A stretch of DNA of 64,000 nt from a virus, in IMG/VR virus record IMGVR_UViG_3300037108_000012, positions 1 to 64,000 of that record. One strand, written 5' to 3'. This document shows, in pieces, positions 28,501 to 38,470 of this stretch (position 1 is the first letter of the stretch; the number at the start of each line of letters is the position of its first letter). Both the position numbers and the translations under genes were made by a program. Below the pieces are notes generated by a model. That model saw only the letters and a list, made by a program, of their open reading frames with translations. It searched no databases and was not told the DNA's origin.

Positions 28501-29631
28501 GTGGCTGGTTACGATTATAGAATGCCGATTGAGCAGCAGTGGTTTTGGGAGTTCAATTATAATCAGGCTTGCAAGAATCATACGCAGAAGACATGGGCAT
28601 CGCAAATGCCAGCGGATGACCATGAATCTCTGACAGGAAAACACGATTCTATCTTTGAGCCGGAAGTTATTGGAGAAATAGAAGAAAATATATATGAAAT
28701 TAAAGGAGACGTTAAGAAAAGGATAAACCCTGTACTTGAATATGCTGTGATCGGTCATGACATTGACGAAATATTCTATCCAGACCCTTCAATGATAGAT
28801 AAACATCAACAAGTTATAAATGTAGAATGGAAATCTCACAGAGGTCAGAAGTACGAATGGGAAATGATACCACTTCTACCATTAGACGAGGAGGTGGAAC
28901 GTAATACTATGGACCGTATTCTTATTTATGAGGAGCCAATAAAAGGACAGTATTACTCATGTGGAATTGATACCGCTGATGGTTTAGGAAAAGAGGATGA
29001 GGATAGGACTATCTTATCTGTGGCGAATAACAGGTTTCACGGAGAAGCAGATAAGCAGGTCTGTGAGTTTACTTCTAATAAAGTGAACGCAGCCCAAGTT
29101 GTAGCTTTTGCGGCTTGTTTAGGTGCGCTATATGGACCGTGCTGCCCTGATAGTAGGGGTATGAAGTATGTTATTGAGCAGATCGGAAGGCCGGGAGAAA
29201 CTTGCCAGCATCAGTTAAAGATGATGGGTTTTATGAACCATCACAAGCCAAGGAGATATGATTCAAAGAAAATCAAGCAAGATATGGGAAGTCACGAAGG
29301 ATGGTGGTCTAGTTCGTGGAGTGTTCCTATTCTCATGACACGATTTGTAGAAGCCGTAAACGGTGGATGGTATATTCCGTCGTCTAGGTGGTTGATAGAG
29401 GAACTGAAGACATTAGAGCGTCACGCTACGAGTGGTAAATCGAAGATGGAGCATAGGTCTGGACAACATGACGACAGAGTTAGGGCGGCTGCACAGTCAT
29501 ATTTTACTGCTCATGATATGGATATTTTGACTGAACGCGCTAAGAAGAGGTATGATGTTCCTATTAAGAAGAAGTCGGACCCAAACAAGGGTAGGTGCAT
29601 GAGCAACGCGTTTTCAGTGGGAGAATGGTGA
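25597..29631 (+). CDS. terL: Terminase large subunit with two inteins
   Basis: Walker A ILKGRQLGITT, Walker B VHLSE, EGTG coupling motif, nuclease GIDTADG and HDDRV. Confidence 0.92.
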   Translation: MYSEKIIEANLDLFESKEGWRPVRHTLDQVNEFKSYVDSVVKIGSNSKGSWIESVAPMTEKRRKEISHWVENEQVLCGLDSLYWELNYAYVCCPAEAPIWMSDFSFKPIGEIIPGDEIIGFERKPLKNTPNATLNSRGRQRTTKLEHIVRTKVTSVHKCIRPIIKVTMESGDVIRCTPDHLWSSGEHDRSLYPWIKARIGKTLRKIVDVYPNDPPDPWTAAWLGGMYDGEGSRGMISQYKSHNPEVHAKLVESMKMFDFKQKFKSGKSHIVQEYVGWNDYCVRINGELTGKAKFLCWCKPVRAWSMEKLIFKSMRAFGDKVVNIEPDGEGEVFALTTETGNYIVYGYASRNCDEKGQIYKFAPRMSQRIYNSVIADFDEKQVSIELLILKGRQLGITTQTALKFLHRMLFLPHTQAIMASVKAEASQLISRIIDTAYERCPFWLVPYRTPKKGFSNGSILSVQSGMQATGLAQGWTPSCLTPDSLIRVADGFVKPISSITEDDTVITHTGKLVKVKAAFKTKREPDVARSIKLWGHHSSLKCTPEHLIKTPDGWVEAAEISVGDYVVHPLRKITDEIKSFETYLYRRGKIREDKKIRFNVNLTSGLGYLCGFYLAEGTCHGTTTVNKKYLSEVVFSIHANEMEDRERCLRKYFGEKQNINSKKKNKGNGASITVSCAWFARWIAENFGRTDKKTIPDWVWNAGREFCLGLVNGYLEGDGSTCEDRNIVIAPSICQQLILQMRDMVASLGIGWSSVYFNPKEKSKHDKSVRKDVWRLALTGPTAYHYRSMFGYFTQPLKNGEARHWRYGADGESVEIMVESALNDYADEYWDIEVEDEDHSFTTDQCAVHNCVHLSEIADIPDPIKTIEEGLFRAAHSSKNLFMALEGTGGGSTGWLADTWRAAKEDWPKGQSRLFPMFIPWPMCPEIYPQEDWIRKFPLENSWRPSEVTRRHITRCESYIRNTPYLARVAGYDYRMPIEQQWFWEFNYNQACKNHTQKTWASQMPADDHESLTGKHDSIFEPEVIGEIEENIYEIKGDVKKRINPVLEYAVIGHDIDEIFYPDPSMIDKHQQVINVEWKSHRGQKYEWEMIPLLPLDEEVERNTMDRILIYEEPIKGQYYSCGIDTADGLGKEDEDRTILSVANNRFHGEADKQVCEFTSNKVNAAQVVAFAACLGALYGPCCPDSRGMKYVIEQIGRPGETCQHQLKMMGFMNHHKPRRYDSKKIKQDMGSHEGWWSSSWSVPILMTRFVEAVNGGWYIPSSRWLIEELKTLERHATSGKSKMEHRSGQHDDRVRAAAQSYFTAHDMDILTERAKKRYDVPIKKKSDPNKGRCMSNAFSVGEW
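25870..26649 (+). mobile_element. Intein 1 in TerL (260 aa, one LAGLIDADG-like motif)
   Basis: Begins CCPAEAPIWMSD, block B CTPDH, WLGGMYDGEG, ends YASRN|C. Confidence 0.85.
27031..28146 (+). mobile_element. Intein 2 in TerL (372 aa, LAGLIDADG endonuclease)
   Basis: Begins CLTPDSLIRVADG, CTPEH, LCGFYLAEG, LVNGYLEGDG, ends AVHN|C just before Walker B. Confidence 0.92.
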
Positions 29632-30184
29632 TGGATACAGCCACAGAGATAGAACAATGGCTCCGCAAAGAAGCGCATGAGAAGACGAAGTACGCTGAAT
29701 CTCGCAAGAGTTATACACAAGCGCCTTCTTCCGACGCAGATCGTAAATCGGCTCATCAACTGGCACAGCAAATGATGGGACGGAAGTTCCCGATGCAGAG
29801 CAGGGTAGAGGAAGAAAAAAGCAATCGTATTCAGATACGGATCGCAGCAAAGCTAGAGCAAGAGGCGGCAATGCTTTTGCGGTTTGCAGATTTTGTAGCG
29901 GGGAGGAACAATGGGAATCATCCAGTGGTGGAACGACAGGAAGCGTAGTGACGAGCCTGTAGAGATAGCGGCTAAACCATCTGAGATAGTGCAGGAACAG
30001 ACTACACAGAGCGATTACGACCGTGTATCCAAGTACGGAGCAGACGGAGGACACATCGTAGATTTGACCAATAAGCCAAGGAAAGAAAACGATGGTTTTG
30101 CTCCAGACCACGAACTATTGACTTCGTACAATCGAGCGCATCAAGGAACGCGAGACGGAATCAACTCGCTGATGAGGAGATAAT

Positions 30185-30415
30185 ATGATCGAAAATAAGA
30201 TTGAACATGGAATACCAATCCCTCCAATAAAAATAACACCTCTTGAGGAGAGATTCCCTCAATTTCTATCTCTTGAGATTAACGACTCATTTGTGATCCT
30301 AGATAAAGAGTTTCCAATGCACTTCGTAATTGGAGAATGGGGTCGTAATAACAATCGTAGACATGAAGTCAGGAAACTAGATAACGGAGATTATAGAGTG
30401 TGGAGAGTGAAATGA
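30185..30415 (+). CDS. Small phage DNA-binding-like hypothetical protein
   Basis: IEHGIPIPP...LEINDSF...YRVWRVK pattern. Confidence 0.65.
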   Translation: MIENKIEHGIPIPPIKITPLEERFPQFLSLEINDSFVILDKEFPMHFVIGEWGRNNNRRHEVRKLDNGDYRVWRVK

Positions 30416-31089
30416 AGTATTTTAAACTCACTAAGCGTCTTAATGAACACGAGAACTGTTTCATCCTCTGGACACAGTGGACAACGTTAGTGTGGGACCG
30501 TGGTTCTATTCAATGCAGAGGAACGGACGAGTTTGAACTGGTAATCAAATATAAGGCTTGGGGTCCATTATTCTATTGGGGTAATAGAGATATTGAAAAA
30601 CTAGGAGAGCGGTCAAAGTTTGATAAACTCCAGTGGACTAGGATTCAACCTCGTTATGCGGAGCTTCGTAAGCGTAAGATAGACGAACGGGACTTCTACG
30701 AACATCGTGAGCAACAGGTAAGGCAGGGGAGAAAGAAAAATCCTGCGGATATGACTTATCCAGAGCGTCATGCGGCGACACTTGAGTCCATTAAGAAAAT
30801 GAAGTTTAGTGATAACTTTATGCACTTGATGACCACGCCGTATGGTAAACTTGCACTGGAACGTGGAGAAAAGTGCAGAGACGATGTAACAGGAGAACTT
30901 CTAACAGAAGAAATGTTCCAGCGCGACAAGGAAAAGTACAAGCGTATAGCTCCGCCGAACATAGGTATTCTAGGATTTAAGAGGGCGGAGAGCGGTGAAG
31001 GGTACGATGCAATAAAGGTCAAGGGATTTGAAAAAGTGCAGATTGAGAGTAGCGTAGGACAGAAACTACAGTTGGAGGATGGACGATGA
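30400..31089 (+). CDS. Hypothetical protein
   Basis: 229-aa ORF. Confidence 0.65.
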   Translation: MESEMKYFKLTKRLNEHENCFILWTQWTTLVWDRGSIQCRGTDEFELVIKYKAWGPLFYWGNRDIEKLGERSKFDKLQWTRIQPRYAELRKRKIDERDFYEHREQQVRQGRKKNPADMTYPERHAATLESIKKMKFSDNFMHLMTTPYGKLALERGEKCRDDVTGELLTEEMFQRDKEKYKRIAPPNIGILGFKRAESGEGYDAIKVKGFEKVQIESSVGQKLQLEDGR

Positions 31090-31390
31090 GATGGCTAAGA
31101 ACTAATCTAAGAGAAAACGTCTTTTATGTAGACACCAGAGACGATGCGCCTGAAGAAGGGAATGAGGGTGACTTTATGTCATTTCTCACCGCAATTCGAG
31201 ATGATGGGCAGATGTTTGTATCCTTTGCTCCTACAGGGTGTGAGGATGCAAAGCCGAAGAATCTGAGAAAGTTTCTAGATTCCATGCTAAACGACCCTGC
31301 AAAAAGTGAAGTAGTGAGGGCTGATAGAAAATCAAGGGAACGTATGGCTGGTAGCAATAAGGGGCAACCCGGATGGATAGAGGAGGCATC

Positions 31391-31828
31391 ATGAACCGCA
31401 GATCATTTTTCAAGTTCTTAGGTATTGGAGCGGCCACGGCAGTGGTTGCGCCAAAGTTGTTGAACAATATGGTGCCGGAATACTATCCAGAATCCAATAG
31501 TCCAATCGCACTGGAAAAAATTCAAAAGGTTTATAATGAGCAAAAATTTACTTCTGGTGGTAGTTACAAGTATGTTCGCGTAGCCCCGACAACTGTTCCT
31601 TTTCGTACAGGCGATCTAGTACGCTACAAGATCGAAAAGAGAGGCGGTACAATCGCGTATAGAGTACCAAAATCACCTAAATGGACAAAAGAAGAATATT
31701 ATGGAATAGCGATAAACAATGCTTTACCGGGAAACTACACATTTATTCAAGTAAACTCTGATGCAATAACACCTTACAAGAACTGCACGCCTCATGCGTT
31801 CGCATGGATGAAAGGAACAAATGCCTAG
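31391..31828 (+). CDS. Protein with twin-arginine-like signal
   Basis: MNRRSFFKFLGIGAATAVVAP; GGAGG RBS. Confidence 0.7.
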   Translation: MNRRSFFKFLGIGAATAVVAPKLLNNMVPEYYPESNSPIALEKIQKVYNEQKFTSGGSYKYVRVAPTTVPFRTGDLVRYKIEKRGGTIAYRVPKSPKWTKEEYYGIAINNALPGNYTFIQVNSDAITPYKNCTPHAFAWMKGTNA

Positions 31829-32627
31829 AGCACAAGGAATCATAGAACTACGGGCGTTGAAACTCAAGGCGGAACTGGAAGATCTAAAGCAAGAGCGCAA
31901 GGAACAGGCGCGTGCTTTGAAGGCGTCTAAGGTTTGGGTGAGTGTCAAGAAACGTGTACCCGCGCAGGATTCTCAAAAAGTAATTGTTTGGCATGAAGGT
32001 AGGATGGAGTGTTGCTGGTTTCAGAACGGGAAGTGGTTTGTATACAACGGAACGTATTTCCTAGAGAACAAGGACGTAATCGAAGATGTGAGTCACTGGT
32101 GCGGTATAGATTGGATGACTTCAAGAGATTATCCTATGCGCGGACCAGGATTCAAAAACGCTATCCTCTATATATGGATGAGGATTTCCAATCGAGCGTC
32201 GGATATGGCGTATGATCTGAGGCCGAAGTCTTGGAGTCGAGGGGCGGCGCAACTGGGTAGGAAACCTGTTTTTTATCGTGACTCTTCTGGAAAAGTAATG
32301 AGCGGGATGCCTGAGAATTGTCCTGCGCCGAGAGGATACGAGAAAATCGTTTGCAATAATGTTCACGAGGCTGAGAGGTACTCGGAACTTCAGAGGCGTC
32401 AGGAGAGGGTCGATCATAATCGTCAACAGGCCGAGCGTGGTGCGATTGAAAATGAGTTTGCAAGCGAGATCAGATCAGAGATGAGGACGAAATACGCAAA
32501 CGCTAGGAACAATACAAATCGGGAGTTCATGAGACGCGCATTGGAACGTAACGCAAACAGGACAGACCCAACAGCTTTTGAGCGGGAATCGTACCTTCAC
32601 GCCGAGGCTTTTGAACAAGTCCGGTAG
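31821..32627 (+). CDS. DUF551-like domain protein
   Basis: WVSVKKRVP...VSHW N-terminal domain plus unrelated C-terminal region. Confidence 0.6.
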   Translation: MPRAQGIIELRALKLKAELEDLKQERKEQARALKASKVWVSVKKRVPAQDSQKVIVWHEGRMECCWFQNGKWFVYNGTYFLENKDVIEDVSHWCGIDWMTSRDYPMRGPGFKNAILYIWMRISNRASDMAYDLRPKSWSRGAAQLGRKPVFYRDSSGKVMSGMPENCPAPRGYEKIVCNNVHEAERYSELQRRQERVDHNRQQAERGAIENEFASEIRSEMRTKYANARNNTNREFMRRALERNANRTDPTAFERESYLHAEAFEQVR

Positions 32628-32995
32628 ACGGGAGAGAAAATGCAACCAATAGATTTGGGACCGATGCAAGAACTGAAACCGTGGGAACCTCCAACATTTG
32701 AGGAGTACGCTTCTACGTACTCAGGGGCAACTTTAGATGACTATAATAAAGCGTGGCCTCAGACTGAAGGATGGAAAGAGGAAGTTGACGATCTGGCGAA
32801 GTTTCTGTTTGAAAACAAGAATGAGATTCTGAGATTGAGTCCAGAAGACGCAAACAAATGGGTATACGAGAACTACCACGGGATATACAAAAGAAAACAG
32901 TAGACAGTAGACAAAATTTAGTATATCATGCGTTTAGTCATGTTTCGGCTTGGGAACCGGAACTCAACAGTGTACCGGGAGGATTGTGAGATTAT

Positions 32996-35089
32996 GTGGC
33001 GAACGATGTAGAGACAGTTTCGTGGCAATGCCCGCCATGGGAAGCTCCCGCGAGCGTAAAAATAGCATGGGTAGAAGAATGTATTTCGGAGGGTGAGGGT
33101 TATTTATCTGGCTCCTCAGCCTATAGGAATCTGAATAGAAATCTGCGTGTGTTTGATGGAGTTTTTAACGATAAAACAAAAAGTACGCTAGTCACAAATC
33201 AGTTAAAATACAACATTCGGAAATTCTGCGAAACCCTTGCGGAAGTACGTGAAATTGCGGGGTTTAGCTCAGACGTACCTGCCTATAAAGCAATGGCAGA
33301 GATGCTTACAAAGGTAAGCAAATGTGTTTATTTAGAGTCAGATTTTCCCTACCAAATCCTAAAAGTTTTGCAGTACGCAACAGTTTGCGGCATTGGATAT
33401 TTATGGCCTAAAGTTCGTCCGACAGAGTACGGATTTGGACCAAGAGAAATGACATTTGATGCGCTAGGGCTATTAGATGTAGTTCCAGTCCAGATACCTG
33501 GGTCAAACGATATTCAAGATTGTTATGCTTGCACGGTTTATGATTATATGCCCATTGCAGAGGCGAGTGCGAAATTTCCTCTATTCCAAGGCCAACTTCA
33601 AACAGTTGGAAGAAATAATTACAAAACTTTAATTCAGGCACAGCGGCAGGATTTTGCTGCTACGTTTCGTTATGGAATGGTTGGGGATGTACAGAGCCGG
33701 AGTTTTGGAAACCTGTACACAGAGATAAGATACACATTTATTAGAGACATACGGATCAACACTACGGGAAAAGAGATGCAGATGGGTGATCCGGGAACGT
33801 CCTGGTTCTATAAAGTCCCGTCTATGGGACAGCCTATTTTTGGAGGGATGAGGGATGGAAAACCATACAGTCGTCCAGCGATGCCTGAAGATTGTAGAAT
33901 CTACCCTAACCTACGGCTCATCATTACGTCTTCAGGACTGGACAGGCCGATGTATGACGGTACTTCCTTCGATTGGGACTCCAAAATACCAGTCATTCAG
34001 TATACAGTGGATGATTGGGCATGGGAACCGCTAGGACGGTCATTAGTAGGGGATGTAGCGTCAATTGAGAACACGATTAGGAAGCATGAAAGGCTGATGG
34101 ATCAGGTTCTTACGGCAGGGATGAATCCTCCAATGGGGTACGATTTGGATACAAACGGAGGATCGGAGATTGAGCATTTTGATATATTTGAGCCTGATGT
34201 AAGACTAGGATTAGCGGGTGGAGAGCCGACAAAGACATTCCAATCGCTACTCCCAGATTCAGTGAGAGTGACTGGAATTAACGAAACGTACCTTAAATAC
34301 TTAGGAGATAAAGAGTTAGCGCAGCTTGGGTTGAATGATGTTGGGAACCTTGCCAACTTAAAAATCAACATGAACGGGGATTCTGCGGACAAACAATTAG
34401 AGGCAATCGGTCCTATCGCCAAGGGGATTGCGATGAGGATTGAAAAAGCCAATAAGCGCATAGGAGAGAGGATGAAGAGCCTCATTCCTCAATGGATGGA
34501 TGCTGCGCGTCTTATCGAATATGTAGGACCAGACCATATTGCTAAGGAAATGTTTGATTATAATCCAGACGATATGGTTCCTAGTCACTTGCCAGACGAA
34601 TTGTTTAGTGGACAATTCCCTACTACTCCATCCATGTACGACCGTCTGACCAGAGCGAAGTTCTTTGTAAAGAAGCTCCGACTTGTTTCTGTTCCTAGCA
34701 CACTTCTTAAAATCACACAGGCGCAAGAGCAATTGAAGTTTCTTCAACTGAAACGCACTCCCGGATGCCCGATCAGTTGGCTAACTGTCTTTAAAAAGTT
34801 AGACATAGCCAACCCTGAGCAGGAAATTGAGAAGAGTTTCAAAGAGCAAGCCCAACTTAAAAAGATGGAAATTATGAGCCAGATTGAGGTAATGAAAGCC
34901 CTTAAAGCGGCAGGAATCGATCCTTCTATTTTGATGGGTGGAGGACAAGAGGGTGGTCATGGAGGTAGTGGAGGAAAGAGCGGTGGACAGCATGGTGGTG
35001 GTCGTCCTCCATCGGGACAACGCCAACCTCGCATATCCCAAAAAGGAGCAGCGGGTGGAGTTCCACGTCAGGTCGTAAAAGAGAGCTAA
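32996..35089 (+). CDS. Portal protein
   Basis: 697 aa between TerL and scaffold/capsid; NQLKYNI, CGIGY, GRSLV segments; low-complexity tail. Confidence 0.75.
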   Translation: MANDVETVSWQCPPWEAPASVKIAWVEECISEGEGYLSGSSAYRNLNRNLRVFDGVFNDKTKSTLVTNQLKYNIRKFCETLAEVREIAGFSSDVPAYKAMAEMLTKVSKCVYLESDFPYQILKVLQYATVCGIGYLWPKVRPTEYGFGPREMTFDALGLLDVVPVQIPGSNDIQDCYACTVYDYMPIAEASAKFPLFQGQLQTVGRNNYKTLIQAQRQDFAATFRYGMVGDVQSRSFGNLYTEIRYTFIRDIRINTTGKEMQMGDPGTSWFYKVPSMGQPIFGGMRDGKPYSRPAMPEDCRIYPNLRLIITSSGLDRPMYDGTSFDWDSKIPVIQYTVDDWAWEPLGRSLVGDVASIENTIRKHERLMDQVLTAGMNPPMGYDLDTNGGSEIEHFDIFEPDVRLGLAGGEPTKTFQSLLPDSVRVTGINETYLKYLGDKELAQLGLNDVGNLANLKINMNGDSADKQLEAIGPIAKGIAMRIEKANKRIGERMKSLIPQWMDAARLIEYVGPDHIAKEMFDYNPDDMVPSHLPDELFSGQFPTTPSMYDRLTRAKFFVKKLRLVSVPSTLLKITQAQEQLKFLQLKRTPGCPISWLTVFKKLDIANPEQEIEKSFKEQAQLKKMEIMSQIEVMKALKAAGIDPSILMGGGQEGGHGGSGGKSGGQHGGGRPPSGQRQPRISQKGAAGGVPRQVVKES

Positions 35090-35355
35090 GTAGTACAAAC
35101 CAAACACATTAGGAGAGAAAATGGCAATCAAAGTTAAGATACAAAAAGATTACCTTCTTACCGAGTTTTCCGTAGAAGGTAGCGTTTCAGAGATAGATGA
35201 TGTTTTAAAGTCGATCAAAGCCAATGGTAAGTCAGTAACCTTGTACAATAACGGATCAATCCAAGGCATAAACGTAGAGCAAAGGACAAAGCTGACAACA
35301 GATCAATCCACTGAAATACGTAAAATGATAGGAGTGGGAGACAAGGAACTGTAGG

Positions 35356-36023
35356 CTATCCGAAGTCGAACACTTCTTGAGAAAGACGTTTAGCGGCGAG
35401 TTCGGCATAATCTTCGCGGATTTCGATACCGATTGCTTTTCGTCCTAGTTTCTTGGCTGCTACCAGTGTCGTACCACTTCCACAAAACGGATCAATGATT
35501 GTTTGCCCCTCTCCGCTTGCAACTGATACTAGCCGTAGCATAACGGAGAGGGGTTTTACTGTCGGGTGTCCCATCCATCCGTTTTGCTCTGCTGGACAAA
35601 TAATATATCTGCTACGTGATTCGTATCCTCCAAAGAGGCAGGATGAATCCTCGAAGGAATGGACGATATACTCTGTGTCTGGAAGGTAGTTCGCATTGAC
35701 CAAAGGCGTAGGATTCGGTTTATTCCAAGTCAAGAGCATCCATCTTCTTTGAGAGGCAAGGGAAAGCATTTCTTGAAGTTGCTGTTTAGCGCAGAAGACC
35801 ATCCAATTCTTGAATGGCATTAGAATACTTGTATCGAACCCGTCGTCAAGCTCACCATCTATAGAGGCAAGGTACTCTCGTTTAGCTCCTATGCCCCCCC
35901 GGAGGCGACCAGTTTGTACGGTGGGTCTGTCAGAAGCAGGTCGCACTTGGGTAGTGTTGGAATGACTTCTTTGCAATTTCCGAGGTAAATTTCGATTCCA
36001 GCATGAGAATAATACGGTTTCAT
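35356..36023 (-). pseudogene. N4-C/N6-A DNA methyltransferase (beta class), frameshifted at G7 tract
   Basis: N-part MKPYYSHAGIEIYLGNC...LTDPPY from ATG 36023 is out of frame with the HPTVKP...IDPFCGSGTT part; shift at 35894-35900. Confidence 0.85.
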
Positions 36024-36053
36024 TTTCTCTCCAATTCGATTATAATCCTGCGC

Positions 36054-36518
36054 CTACAGGCCGTCAAATAGAGACGGCTGGTTTGGTATCGGAGGTTTTG
36101 GTTTCAGTATGGACTTTACTGGAAGTATATCGCCAATTCCGTCAGATTTTGCCATATTTGCAGCCATAGAGATCACCCGAACATTTCCTGACAAATACCC
36201 TACAGATGGAATTATCCTGTCGATACTAGCCCAGCAACGACGTTCTCCTTTTCCGTCGTAAATCAATTTTATTCCCAATATAGGGCAAAACTCAGGTAGT
36301 GGTAATATATCTTCCTTCGTAAATCCGAATGGAATATCCTCATTTTTAGAGCGTAGTTTGCATCTCGAAACAGCAGTTGTCGCCCAATACTTCACCCTAG
36401 ACGATTTCTTTGAAGAAATTCTTCTTTCAGGGTGACGCTTCCTAAAACTCCTAGAATTTATCCTATTTCTTACATCTGGTACAAATCTTATGGTGGAGTT
36501 CAGCATCGTTATCTTCAA
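36054..36518 (-). CDS. HNH-like (His-Me finger) endonuclease
   Basis: CPILGIKL...SIDRIIPSVGYLSGNVRVISMAANMAK. Confidence 0.75.
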   Translation of the reverse strand: MKITMLNSTIRFVPDVRNRINSRSFRKRHPERRISSKKSSRVKYWATTAVSRCKLRSKNEDIPFGFTKEDILPLPEFCPILGIKLIYDGKGERRCWASIDRIIPSVGYLSGNVRVISMAANMAKSDGIGDILPVKSILKPKPPIPNQPSLFDGL

Positions 36519-36804
36519 GTATTTCTCTTATTGAAGGCAAAGATTCCCGATTGTCATCATCAATAAAATCTTCGTCTAATTCAAAACCATCAGAATCAAA
36601 CGAAAAATTAACAATGGACCATTCTGGAAGAATAGGATTTTCGGCGTATAATGGAACAGATAGGGGTGTCATGGTCGTCCTCCTTTGACGGCTTAGGCTT
36701 TGCCGGGGCAGCAACCCCGACACCTCTATTATACCAAACTTTAGAGAAAAAGTGACGAAGTAAAATTATTTTGAAGAAAAGTTCACTAAACACGTAAAAA
36801 AGAC

Positions 36805-36833
36805 TTGACAAACGTCTCGATATGCTCTACTTT
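36805..36833 (+). promoter_or_regulatory. Sigma70-type promoter for head genes
   Basis: TTGACA-17nt-TACTTT. Confidence 0.55.
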
Positions 36834-36903
36834 TTATAAAGACGCAAGAAGTTAAGGCGTCGAGACATTAGCACGCGGCCCCCTCCTTATAAAGGGAACA
36901 ACT

Positions 36904-36938
36904 GGCGACTAGGCGAATTTGGCCTAGCCGCCTTTTTC
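36904..36938 (+). terminator. Terminator-like hairpin in head-operon leader
   Basis: ggcgactaggc-loop-gcctagccgcc followed by TTTTT. Confidence 0.55.
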
Positions 36939-36979
36939 GTTTGTTCCAAACAATCCAACCAGTTTCAAAGGAGAACATC

Positions 36980-37084
36980 ATGGCAAAGCGTCACGTAGGT
37001 GGAAAGAAAGCACACGTTAAGAAGGCTGCACACAAGGGCCGTGGCCGCAAGCGCACCAGCAAGAAGCTCGCAATCAAGGCGTAG
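36980..37084 (+). CDS. Tiny basic protamine/histone-like protein (34 aa)
   Basis: MAKRHVGGKKAHVKKAAHKGRGRKRTSKKLAIKA; AAGGAG RBS. Confidence 0.75.
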   Translation: MAKRHVGGKKAHVKKAAHKGRGRKRTSKKLAIKA

Positions 37085-37108
37085 TCTAACCATCTAACGG
37101 AGAGATTC

Positions 37109-37411
37109 ATGGCTACGAATTCTATGCCAGTTACGGATCAACAGGGCGGCGCTCCTCCTCAAGGAGCGGGTGCTGCCCCTCCTCCCCCACCTCCTGATGG
37201 TGGGGGTCAGCAAGGCCCACCGTCTCAGGGTCCAGCAAATCAAATCCAAATGCTTTTAGGTAAATGGAGCCAAGTAGCGCAAGAGATCGCGCAAGCCTAT
37301 CCACAGATCGCTGCCGAATTGAACAAAATCGTGCAGGCGATAGGTGAGGCGCAGACGAAGATGGTAGCACCGCCACAGCCAACGCCTACAAGCCAACAGC
37401 CACCATATTAA
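37109..37411 (+). CDS. Pro/Gln-rich head-associated protein
   Basis: 100-aa ORF with GGAG RBS preceding scaffold. Confidence 0.7.
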   Translation: MATNSMPVTDQQGGAPPQGAGAAPPPPPPDGGGQQGPPSQGPANQIQMLLGKWSQVAQEIAQAYPQIAAELNKIVQAIGEAQTKMVAPPQPTPTSQQPPY

Positions 37412-37443
37412 GGCAACAAGGAAATCCGGGAGAATAGTGAACC

Positions 37444-38427
37444 ATGACAATCGCAGAAGTGTTGAAGCAATCCGGTTGGAGCCAAGAGCAAATTGATGCT
37501 CTTGACGCGAAAGCTCTAAATGGGCTTAACGGTTATGTAACGGGTGTACAAACAGAAGCGGAACAAAAGCATAAAGCGGCGGTAGAAGCGGCAGCGAAGG
37601 CCGAGGCGGATAGGAAAGCACAAGAGGAATTAACGACCGCAGCGAAGGCCGCACAGGATGCCGCAGAGCTTAACGTAAGGAACTACCAAGATTTTTGGAA
37701 TAATGTTTATCCTGCGGCTAACGCAGAATCGGAAGCAGAGAAAGTAAGATTGGCGAAAGAAGCATCGGACGCAAAAGCTGAGGCTGCTTACTATAAAGCT
37801 CAAAGAGAAAGTTACCTTGGGACGCTGGGAATAGAACCATCCAACGCTCCAGTGTTTACCCCTCCCTCCTCTCCAGTAGTAGACCCAGTAAAGACTCCCG
37901 GAACTCCTACATTCTCAGAAGATGCTTTTATGAAGCGTGTGGATAAAGGTGTGTTTACCATTCAGGATATTGGCTGGAAGTATCAGCAACTTTATGGAAC
38001 TCCGATTCCTATTTCTCCTAGCGACTTAGTGGCGAAGGCTGATGCGATTAAACTTAGCCCGATGGAGTATGCGGCTAGGACGTATCGTTTTGCGGAGAAG
38101 GAAGCTGAGCATCGTGCGGCGGAAGCAAAGAAGCATGATGACGAGATTGCAGCCGCAGCTAAGAGTGCTTCGGATGCTGACTGGAAGGCGAAGTTGGATG
38201 CTCGTGAGGCTGAGTTTGCAGCGAAAGATCGTCAAAGAGCCGAGCAAATGAGCAGCAATCCTGATACAAAGTTGCCTCCTGGGTCGGCAAAGTTTACAGA
38301 GTTGAAGCGGGCAGTAGCTCAGGGTGAGCGTCCTGATCCAACGAAGATGAGCGCAAATGAGCGCAGACAGTTGACCTTGAATAACATCCACAAGGCAATT
38401 GAAGAGCGCGAATCAGTTGTAGCGTAG
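37444..38427 (+). CDS. Capsid scaffolding protein (putative)
   Basis: Ala/Glu/Lys-rich coiled coil upstream of MCP. Confidence 0.7.
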   Translation: MTIAEVLKQSGWSQEQIDALDAKALNGLNGYVTGVQTEAEQKHKAAVEAAAKAEADRKAQEELTTAAKAAQDAAELNVRNYQDFWNNVYPAANAESEAEKVRLAKEASDAKAEAAYYKAQRESYLGTLGIEPSNAPVFTPPSSPVVDPVKTPGTPTFSEDAFMKRVDKGVFTIQDIGWKYQQLYGTPIPISPSDLVAKADAIKLSPMEYAARTYRFAEKEAEHRAAEAKKHDDEIAAAAKSASDADWKAKLDAREAEFAAKDRQRAEQMSSNPDTKLPPGSAKFTELKRAVAQGERPDPTKMSANERRQLTLNNIHKAIEERESVVA

Positions 38428-38470
38428 TACCTAAGTTGCTAGTATAATAGGACTTAGGAGGAAACAAAGA

